A stretch of 56,090 nt of DNA, taken from the IMG/VR virus record IMGVR_UViG_3300020045_019291, positions 1-56,090 of that record; one strand, given 5' to 3'. The position numbers and the translations under genes were made by a program. Position 1 is the first letter of the stretch. Each line of letters begins with the position of its first letter. This DNA is from a virus. Its lineage: Duplodnaviria > Caudoviricetes. Positions 37,977-44,835 of the stretch are shown in pieces. The notes below the pieces were generated by a model that was given only the letters and a program-made list of their open reading frames with translations, searched no databases and was not told the origin of the DNA.

Positions 37977-38381
37977 TTAAAACGGTAAATCGTCCGGTTC
38001 TTCCTCTTTCGGTGGCTGGTTTTGCGTTGGAGGTGTTGTAGGAGCTTGTCTGGCCTGTTGTGGCGACGCTGTTTTGTCCTTGGTGGAAGAGTAGAGTTTT
38101 ATTTCGCGCACGAAACATTTCAGGTTGGCTTTCGTGGAGCCGTCTCCGGCTTGGTATACTTCGATGTCTGGTTTTCCCAATACACCGATCAAGCTGCCTT
38201 TTGTGAGCCAAGGCGCTATTGCCGCATTGTTTGTGAAATAAGCGCATTTGTACCAGGTGGTGACGTTTTCGTTTTTTACTTTTTCGGTGACGGCAAGCGA
38301 AAAATTGATCACTTGTGTTGTTCCGAGGTCTTTTACTTCAGCGTCGTTTCCGATGTGTCCTACCAGTGTGAGTTGTTGCAT
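37977..38381 (-). CDS. ssb: Single-stranded DNA-binding protein
   Basis: LVGHIGNDAE, FSLAVTE, TTWY.C, L.KGS.I.V.G; acidic tail DDLPF. Confidence 0.95.
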   Translation of the reverse strand: MQQLTLVGHIGNDAEVKDLGTTQVINFSLAVTEKVKNENVTTWYKCAYFTNNAAIAPWLTKGSLIGVLGKPDIEVYQAGDGSTKANLKCFVREIKLYSSTKDKTASPQQARQAPTTPPTQNQPPKEEEPDDLPF

Positions 38382-38407
38382 TTTTGTTGAGTTTTAAAGG
38401 TTTTTAA

Positions 38408-39211
38408 TTATATTGGCAATGCCATTTTTGATAAAACGTTTGTGCTAACGTGGGTATAAATTTCCGTCGTTTTGCTACTGGAATGCCCTAAATGTTTCTG
38501 AATTATTCTTAAATCGGTTCCAGCTTCTAATAATGCCGTAGCATTACTATGTCGTAATAGATGAAAGTGATAACCTTTTCCAAGATATTTCTTAACGATC
38601 TGGTTGCAGCTTGTGTGTGAATATTGTAAATCGAATTGACCATTGAATAGAAACTCCTTTGGTTTGTAATCTGTAAAGTAAATTCGTAAAATAGAAAGAA
38701 TCTTTTCTGATAATCCCACAATTCGGTCTTTACGACCTTTACTTTGGCGAATGGTAATAATCATTCGTTTGCTGTCAATGTCTGCTATTTTTAGGTTACA
38801 AACTTCGCTCACTCGCATTCCTGTGGAATACGCCAAAGCTATAATTGCTTTATGTTTTGAGTTTTCAATTTTAGAAATACAATCCAATAAAAATTCCTTC
38901 TCGATAATTTGAGGAAGTTTCCTCTCGGATCTTGGATATTCAATATGTTTGAATTTTAACGGTTGTTTTCCGGTGAGTCTATAAAACAACTTCACGGCAG
39001 AAATTCGATGTTTTCTGCCGTTGATTGAGTTTGCCAATAGCAGCCATTGCTTGATTTGTTTTTCTGAAATTTCAGAAGGCTTGGTTGCTACTTTATTGAA
39101 ATACTCCAAAAACAATTTCACCTGACTTGAATAGTTAGAAATGGTGTTTTCGGAATAGTTTTTCAGTTTTAAATCTTCGGAATACAATTCCACATACTTT
39201 CCGATGTTCAT
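38408..39211 (-). CDS. Integron-integrase-related tyrosine recombinase (no IntI-specific insertion)
   Basis: N-terminal YS.NT..NY SAM-like domain; catalytic R (GMRVSE), K (SKGRKDR), H-x-x-R (HLLRHS), LGH, Y (TTEIYTHV); 267 aa. Confidence 0.9.
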   Translation of the reverse strand: MNIGKYVELYSEDLKLKNYSENTISNYSSQVKLFLEYFNKVATKPSEISEKQIKQWLLLANSINGRKHRISAVKLFYRLTGKQPLKFKHIEYPRSERKLPQIIEKEFLLDCISKIENSKHKAIIALAYSTGMRVSEVCNLKIADIDSKRMIITIRQSKGRKDRIVGLSEKILSILRIYFTDYKPKEFLFNGQFDLQYSHTSCNQIVKKYLGKGYHFHLLRHSNATALLEAGTDLRIIQKHLGHSSSKTTEIYTHVSTNVLSKMALPI

Positions 39212-39235
39212 AGCTTTAGGTGTTAAGTTTGTTGG

Positions 39236-39270
39236 TGTTTACAGATGGCTTTTACAAATAGTAGTTATCA
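39236..39270 (+). other. attI-like primary recombination site
   Basis: First GTTA core (39264-39267), 53 bp upstream of the recombinase ATG, with no hairpin to its left; preceded by TTTACAGAT/TTTACAAAT direct repeat. Confidence 0.65.
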
Positions 39271-39474
39271 CTCAGCTTGAGCGAAACCGTCAAGAACTTC
39301 GGTAATTGAATCTCGAATTTGTTTTAATTCTCTATAATTTAAGTCAATATAAGAATCACTATCTTGTGTTTCCATTTGCATTTGACTACAATCTTTTTGA
39401 ATTCTTATTGTGAATTCTCCATTATTATCATTTCCATTAATTTCAATGTAATTAGCTGTTTTTTTAATTTCCAT
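39268..39474 (-). CDS. Cassette 1 gene, hypothetical (68 aa)
   Basis: ATG MEIKK at 39474; stop codon lies in the GTTATCA core. Confidence 0.7.
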   Translation of the reverse strand: MEIKKTANYIEINGNDNNGEFTIRIQKDCSQMQMETQDSDSYIDLNYRELKQIRDSITEVLDGFAQAE

Positions 39475-39499
39475 TTTGTTTGATTTTAAAAAGCCGAAG

Positions 39500-39632
39500 T
39501 GATAACACACGTTAACCACTATTTAGGCATTTGGTTTAATTTAATTATTTTCTTGTACTTGTTTTTATTTTGCTCAACCGAAACATAAGGCTTTCTTAAT
39601 CCTAAACATTGGTTAGCGTGGGAACGTTAGGC
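39500..39632 (+). repeat. attC-like site 1 (133 bp)
   Basis: TAACA-CACGTTAACCACTATTTAGG...CCTAAACATTGGTTAGCGTG-GGAAC-GTTA. Confidence 0.85.
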
Positions 39633-40265
39633 GATATGTCGAGAGCTACAGCGAGAAGCGACATTTATCAGCCATTTAGCAAAATCAGGAGGCGTTGCTT
39701 CACGTTCTTGTTGTGTTACTCTAGGTTTCCATCCCAAATCCCCTTTTCGATGTCCGCTAGTTATTACGAATTCAACTAATTCAAATCTTAAAGGAATTGA
39801 TGGTAAATCTGATATTTTACACCCACATATATAAAGCAATGTCTTTTTTTCTGCCTTATGTCCCCACCAATGCTGATTGACACATATTGTAAATCCTCCA
39901 TATTCATCCACTTCTCTTCCTATAGGTAAATTCATTTCTTTCCAAAGTTTAGAAGCTCTTGGATGCTCAAGAACGCCCCCAAACTTTCTAATTTGATTAA
40001 TTGACCAAATAGCTAATTCTCTTTCACCTTCTCTAGGTTTTGCCATATGCGATAATTGCCCCCAAGCTCTACAAGGAGGATGCGCTATGATTGGATTTTT
40101 TCCATTAAACTTCCTTGCATCTCTTTTTATATCCCAACAATCAACACCTAAAGTTTTATAAATTGAATTTTCACGAACAAAAAGTGCAGAAACAAAAGAC
40201 ACATCGCCTAACAAATGATTGTCGCTATTGCCAGACTGGTCTTTAATTTGAAATTCGGTTTGCAT
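39627..40265 (-). CDS. Cassette 2 gene, cytosine methyltransferase-like protein
   Basis: IIAHPPCRAWG (PC motif IV-like), VLEHP (motif VI-like), Q.WWGH.A.K.T.LY, R..TP..FA; start codon inside attC2, stop is the TTA of the GTTA core. Confidence 0.7.
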   Translation of the reverse strand: MQTEFQIKDQSGNSDNHLLGDVSFVSALFVRENSIYKTLGVDCWDIKRDARKFNGKNPIIAHPPCRAWGQLSHMAKPREGERELAIWSINQIRKFGGVLEHPRASKLWKEMNLPIGREVDEYGGFTICVNQHWWGHKAEKKTLLYICGCKISDLPSIPLRFELVEFVITSGHRKGDLGWKPRVTQQEREATPPDFAKWLINVASRCSSRHIA

Positions 40266-40336
40266 CTTTATGATTTGTGTTTAATTTAATTACTTGGTTT
40301 ATTTTTTGGCAACAGCGACAATCTTTTCCGTTATCG
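40206..40336 (+). repeat. attC-like site 2 (131 bp)
   Basis: TAACAAAT-GATTGTCGCTATTGCCA...TGGCAACAGCGACAATC-TTTTCC-GTTA. Confidence 0.85.
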
Positions 40337-40363
40337 TTCAGCTTGGTTGGAACGGCTAAAGGA

Positions 40364-40576
40364 TTACTTATGATATTTTGATTTTGGTAATTCAAATAAT
40401 TTTCCATTTCTGTCATATAGATTAGAAAAGTTTTCGTGTTGTGGTTGCATTTTATAAACTATCGGTTCCGGTAAAAAAGGTCTCATTCTACGTTGTCTAA
40501 TTTCTTCAAGCCTTTCTTTTTCTAATTCTTGCAATCGCATAACCATTGCATAGATTCTTAATTTTTGTACTGACAT
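40364..40576 (-). CDS. Cassette 3 gene, hypothetical (70 aa)
   Basis: Single ATG ORF between GTTA 40330 and TAAC 40603. Confidence 0.7.
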   Translation of the reverse strand: MSVQKLRIYAMVMRLQELEKERLEEIRQRRMRPFLPEPIVYKMQPQHENFSNLYDRNGKLFELPKSKYHK

Positions 40577-40599
40577 ATTTTGAAAATAAAAAGCCGAAA

Positions 40600-40738
40600 C
40601 GATAACAAATGATATAAGAGATTTTCGGCTTGGTTTATAAATTTAATTTTTGGGTTTGTACTTTTTTACTTTGGTCTTGAACTGAAAGTTTCGGGATTTA
40701 TCCTGCCGAAAATCCTCTCATATCATCGACCGTTAGTG
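40600..40738 (+). repeat. attC-like site 3 (139 bp)
   Basis: TAACAA-ATGATATAAGAGATTTTCGGC...GCCGAAAATCCTCTCATATCAT-CGACC-GTTA. Confidence 0.85.
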
Positions 40739-40749
40739 GCAACCGTCTG

Positions 40750-41115
40750 CTATTCAGTATAAATATTACTTTTAATTTCAAAACTTCCATCATAATCTTT
40801 ATAAAGTTCTGATAAAAAATAAAAAACACTTTGATTTTCGTCAATACAAATAAAAGCAAGAAGTAATTCATCCCATTTTATAACCCAATCGTTCAATTCT
40901 ATATCTCCTTCATAAATTTCATTTTTATTTTTGTCTAATAATCCAGTAAATCTATTGAAAGAAACAACTTTCCATTGTTTGTCAATTCCAAATCTGATAA
41001 GTCCGTTTTTTTCACTTAACAAAGGAATTATAAAAGTATCAATATCTCCTTTTTTATAAGTTCCCCATTTTTCAACTATTAATTCTAATCTGAATCTATA
41101 TTTTATTTCTTTCAT
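40750..41115 (-). CDS. Cassette 4 gene, YopX-family protein
   Basis: MKEIKYR...FTGLLDKNKNEIYEGDI...EI.SNIY. Confidence 0.8.
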   Translation of the reverse strand: MKEIKYRFRLELIVEKWGTYKKGDIDTFIIPLLSEKNGLIRFGIDKQWKVVSFNRFTGLLDKNKNEIYEGDIELNDWVIKWDELLLAFICIDENQSVFYFLSELYKDYDGSFEIKSNIYTE

Positions 41116-41140
41116 AATTGTTAATTTTTACGTGGTATGC

Positions 41141-41275
41141 CACTAACACTTGCTAAACAAGATTCGGGCATTTGTGATTTATTTAAAGTCATTTTTGTAC
41201 TTGGTTTTATGGTTTTTTAATTAGAGGTTCAGGCTTTTCTAATCCCGAACCTCGTTTAGCAAGAGAACGTTAGCA
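41141..41275 (+). repeat. attC-like site 4 (135 bp)
   Basis: TAACA-CTTGCTAAACAAGATTCGGG...CCCGAACCTCGTTTAGCAAG-AGAAC-GTTA. Confidence 0.85.
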
Positions 41276-41276
41276 C

Positions 41277-41558
41277 TCATTTTAAGAACTCGTAGTCACC
41301 ATTGGCGTTTTTCTTAAAAATTGTAATATAACCTTCTGATATTTTGTATAATTTAAAAAACGATAATACTTTTTGCCACCATTTAACTTTTATATATGGG
41401 TCAAATCCAGCAAGAAATCTTCCGTTTTCGTTAGCAACAAACATAACTTTCGTTTTTTCTTCATCAATCCACACGTAATCACCTTTTATAGGTTTGCGAG
41501 AAAAACGAGTGCTAACATACGCTTGTAGCAAGAGGATTTTAGTCTTTAATTTAAACAT
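41277..41558 (-). CDS. Cassette 5 gene, hypothetical (93 aa)
   Basis: ATG lies inside the attC5 loop and the ORF reads through the left arm. Confidence 0.65.
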   Translation of the reverse strand: MFKLKTKILLLQAYVSTRFSRKPIKGDYVWIDEEKTKVMFVANENGRFLAGFDPYIKVKWWQKVLSFFKLYKISEGYITIFKKNANGDYEFLK

Positions 41559-41640
41559 AGTTTTGTACTTTTAAGATTAGTCATTAATTTAATTTGCAGG
41601 ATTTATCTTTTCCTCCTGCTACAAGCGTCAGCCGTTAGCA
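41510..41640 (+). repeat. attC-like site 5 (131 bp)
   Basis: TAACAT-ACGCTTGTAGCAAGAGGA...TCCTCCTGCTACAAGCGT-CAGCC-GTTA. Confidence 0.85.
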
Positions 41641-41654
41641 TCAATGCTACGAAA

Positions 41655-42155
41655 CTACTTATGAAGAACTCCTCCAGTTAATTCACATATAAATTTTAAT
41701 AGTTTTTCCATTTCTGGATTTCTACTTGCGTAAGACAAATAATCTTGTGGTTGACTTAAATTATGTTTGTTGTCTTTAATGTGTTGCAAACACGCTTTTT
41801 CAGTTAAAAATGAATTTTCCAAACGTTCTTCGTAATCATAATTTACTTTACGGTATCCAGCACTTTCCATTTCGCTTTCACGTTCCCAATTAGACATTTC
41901 TTTAATAGCTTTTTTAGTCAAATCTCCATCACGGTAATCATAAATAGCTTGAATGATTTCCTCTTGTGTTTCAATTAAACTTCCGTCATAGTTCCAAGCA
42001 ACAATTCCGTTGCCTTCTGGAACAGCAATTTGATGTTTAGTTTGTACTTGAAAGAAATAAGGCATTGCAGTTCCTCTATGGCTTTGAGTGTTTATTTCTT
42101 TTGACAAATCCATTAAGAAATTATAAGTTTCGTCATTTACTTGAATTGTTTTCAT
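41655..42155 (-). CDS. Cassette 6 gene, phage hypothetical protein (166 aa)
   Basis: ATG MKTIQV at 42155; TQ..R.TA.P.F and FLT.K.C..HI..N motifs of phage hypothetical proteins. Confidence 0.75.
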   Translation of the reverse strand: MKTIQVNDETYNFLMDLSKEINTQSHRGTAMPYFFQVQTKHQIAVPEGNGIVAWNYDGSLIETQEEIIQAIYDYRDGDLTKKAIKEMSNWERESEMESAGYRKVNYDYEERLENSFLTEKACLQHIKDNKHNLSQPQDYLSYASRNPEMEKLLKFICELTGGVLHK

Positions 42156-42185
42156 AAGATGTTTTAGTTTTAATAACCGCACTAA

Positions 42186-42318
42186 TGCTAACACAGGTTT
42201 GCAAAAATGGCAAGTTCAGGTTTAATTTAAAGTTGTTTTTGTGTCTTTGTGGCTTGGTCTTAAACCAAATTTTTAGGCTTGCTTTTTTGCCACTTCTGCA
42301 AGCCTGATAACGTTATGC
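42186..42318 (+). repeat. attC-like site 6 (133 bp)
   Basis: TAACA-CAGGTTTGCAAAAATGGCAA...TTGCCACTTCTGCAAGCCTG-ATAAC-GTTA. Confidence 0.85.
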
Positions 42319-42337
42319 CTAATACTACTATTTAGGA

Positions 42338-42589
42338 TTAAAGACAACCTCTATTTTTTAATTCAGATATAATTGCCGTTTTTTCATCACTATCTTTTTG
42401 TTTCTGAATATAATTATAACACCATTGAAACATATCATTTGATTCGTTTTTGGGTGTGTTTCCGGCTAGTTCTTTAGGGATATAAATAGTTTTAAATATC
42501 TCTTTTTTACAGTTTGTTAAATTTTCACAATAAACTATTTCTGATTTTCCGTTTTCGTGTTTTTCAACTTTACAATTACAATCTTTCAT
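42338..42589 (-). CDS. Cassette 7 gene, hypothetical (83 aa)
   Basis: Single ATG ORF between GTTA 42312 and TAAC 42636. Confidence 0.7.
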   Translation of the reverse strand: MKDCNCKVEKHENGKSEIVYCENLTNCKKEIFKTIYIPKELAGNTPKNESNDMFQWCYNYIQKQKDSDEKTAIISELKNRGCL

Positions 42590-42632
42590 TTTGTTTTTAT
42601 TTATTATTAATTATTTACTTTTGCCGTACTAG

Positions 42633-42712
42633 GCATAACAGCGGCTACATTTCAGCAGCCGAAATCGTGTTGGTACATAGGCTGCCGAAACTGTAGCCGC
42701 AAAACGTTACAC
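42633..42712 (+). repeat. attC-like site 7 (80 bp, short loop)
   Basis: TAACA-GCGGCTACATTTCAGCAGCC...GGCTGCCGAAACTGTAGCCGC-AAAAC-GTTA. Confidence 0.85.
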
Positions 42713-42738
42713 AATAAACTGGATAAAAAAACTCTATT

Positions 42739-44835
42739 TTAAGGCTTGAAATAAGCCTGAAACCTTACCAATTCTGGATATTCCGGGGAGCGAATCAATC
42801 CGTCTCCGGCACCCGCCAATTGTTCCGCACCGCCTTCGTCCAGCACCACTTTTGAATCAATTTCTTTTGGAACACGGAAACAGATTTGGACAGGGAAGTT
42901 TGCTTTTGCGTCTCCGGTTATTACTTTCACGGAAGCCCTTTGGGTTGCGGCCACGATTCTGAAACCAACGGATCGACCTTTTTGAAGCAGGATTCTAAGG
43001 TTTTCTTCCAGCGTGTTTTTGGTGCCGGTTTTTTGAAGTTTCATTTTTGGCACCAAGGTGTCTCCAAACATTCCTTTCATTTTTTGTTGGCCCACTTCCA
43101 CCATTTCCATAATGTCCAATTCCTTGCCTTTTCGTCCTTGGGATTGGGCGTCGGCAAATTCGTCGAAAATTATTAGTGTTTTTTCGTTGCTTCCGGCTTT
43201 CACGCGCTCATTCATTTCGATAACCAATTCTTCCAAGGCCACTTCGATGTCTTCTATTTCGCTGAAAATGTTGACTCCTTTTAGTCCCATTCTGCAAAAC
43301 TCGAATTTTGGATCAAGGATAAAAATATGTTTGACTCCGGCCAGTTTTGCGAATTCGATAATGGTTTTTAATTCCACCGATTTTCCAGAGCCAGTGGCAC
43401 CACAAACCAAGGCGTGGGGAGTGGAATGGTTGTTCAGGTCCCAATGGATGATTTTCTCGAAATTATCTCGGCCAATAGGTATTTTCATATCTACCAAGTC
43501 TTTTTTGGTGAACAAAAGGTCTTTTTCCCTTTTTTTGGAAAGTTCCACGGCTAGATATGCCTTGCCTTCATAAACCACCAAATCTTTGGAAATCCTAACA
43601 TTGGAAACATTCAAGGCGCTTGCCAAATCTAGTTTATGCGACTGAATGGAAGCGATTTTTACGCCTCCGGAAACTGCCAACAAATAAGTGTTGCTGGAAT
43701 AGCCGTCGAACTTGTGTTCTACTTTGACGGGAGCACCAAAGGTTCTAAGAACGTGCTCGATTTTTTCTTCTGGACTCATATTTTTGTTGCTTAAATCGTA
43801 TTGGATGAATTGGGAGGCATTTTCTTGAAACTGCTTGATTACTTTTGGATTGATGGAGCCAATAGAGGCGTCGCGTATTTTTTTCAAACGTCGGGAAACC
43901 AATTCTCGTTTTGACTCGTCCACGTTGAAATCTTCGACTTCGGCAATCAGGGTTTTTGCCCAAAATTCATAAATTTCGGCACTGTCTACCAGATTATCAG
44001 AATCATTGATCATATAGACGTAATCTGGATCGTTTACGGCTTCAAGCATACGTTTTAACGGCTCGTAAAGTAGAGCTTCGTATAACCTGCGATTATCTTT
44101 ATCCAATTCTATTCTAAAGCAGTTTAATTGGCTTGATTTGTCTCGGTTTTCGGAATATTTGTTCTCGACAAACCAGACTTCATCCACGGCAATTCCTGTT
44201 TTGCTTTCGTAGCAATTAACATAGGTTATCGCTTGGCGACCAATGAAAAGTTTCATTTCCTCCTCGCTAGAAAAAGAGTTTTTCGACTTGTGATCGATAA
44301 CCGCCACTTTTCCAGATTTTAGTTTGACGACTAAATCTATCTTGAAATTGCAGGGAAGCGGGATTTCGACGCCGTTGATCGTCACATATTCGGATCCAAA
44401 AACTTCCACGTCCAAGATTTCTTCAATTTGGTCGGTGTAAATACCAACTTCCTTGATAAAAAATTTGAGCAATGCGGTTGCGGTTTTGCAAGCTTTTATT
44501 TTGCACTCGGCAATGGAGGGGGTCGTTTTTTGAACCTTCCATTTATTAGCCGGTGTTTCGTCGATGGTGTCGAATGCCACGGCTTCCAAATCTGCCAAAT
44601 CAAGGGTGTTTCCTTCCTTCAGCGATTGAAAATAAAATTGAAGGGCATTGTGGTAAGCGGTTCCGGCCACGGTAGTTGACGAATTTTTGATGGTGTAGCC
44701 GTAAATGCTGGTCATTTCGAAAGCTTTTTCGTTTCTGGAAAACTCGGCAACTTTTGAAAAGCTCCAACTGTTTACCAAGAATTGGCTTTTTACATTTTCC
44801 AATTCTTCTTCGGTCATTAATTTGTAGGCGCTCAT
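42739..44835 (-). CDS. PD-(D/E)xK nuclease fused to FtsK/SpoIIIE-type ATPase
   Basis: N-half WSFS, GTAYH, KIDLV...VIDHKS, Q...Y (RecB-like); C-half PHALVCGATGSGKS, IIFDEFAD, GRSVG....ATQR, AEQL.G.GDG. Confidence 0.85.
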   Translation of the reverse strand: MSAYKLMTEEELENVKSQFLVNSWSFSKVAEFSRNEKAFEMTSIYGYTIKNSSTTVAGTAYHNALQFYFQSLKEGNTLDLADLEAVAFDTIDETPANKWKVQKTTPSIAECKIKACKTATALLKFFIKEVGIYTDQIEEILDVEVFGSEYVTINGVEIPLPCNFKIDLVVKLKSGKVAVIDHKSKNSFSSEEEMKLFIGRQAITYVNCYESKTGIAVDEVWFVENKYSENRDKSSQLNCFRIELDKDNRRLYEALLYEPLKRMLEAVNDPDYVYMINDSDNLVDSAEIYEFWAKTLIAEVEDFNVDESKRELVSRRLKKIRDASIGSINPKVIKQFQENASQFIQYDLSNKNMSPEEKIEHVLRTFGAPVKVEHKFDGYSSNTYLLAVSGGVKIASIQSHKLDLASALNVSNVRISKDLVVYEGKAYLAVELSKKREKDLLFTKKDLVDMKIPIGRDNFEKIIHWDLNNHSTPHALVCGATGSGKSVELKTIIEFAKLAGVKHIFILDPKFEFCRMGLKGVNIFSEIEDIEVALEELVIEMNERVKAGSNEKTLIIFDEFADAQSQGRKGKELDIMEMVEVGQQKMKGMFGDTLVPKMKLQKTGTKNTLEENLRILLQKGRSVGFRIVAATQRASVKVITGDAKANFPVQICFRVPKEIDSKVVLDEGGAEQLAGAGDGLIRSPEYPELVRFQAYFKP

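Larger units (their letters stand above)
38408..42712. mobile_element. Phage-borne integron-like element: recombinase + attI-like site + seven gene cassettes
   Basis: Seven attC-like hairpins alternating one-to-one with single ORFs; cassette-specific terminal inverted repeats; adjacent IntI-related recombinase. Confidence 0.85.

Noticed and set aside
38408-39211. This recombinase as the prophage integrase or a shufflon invertase
   Set aside because: A separate arm-type integrase with attP exists at 47915; all sites are in direct orientation and all genes co-oriented, which fits excision/insertion rather than inversion
39500-42712. CRISPR array or simple terminators as explanation of the repeated hairpins
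   Set aside because: Units are 360-700 bp apart and contain whole genes, stems differ in sequence, loops are mostly 70-80 nt and there are no adjacent U tracts; no cas genes seen
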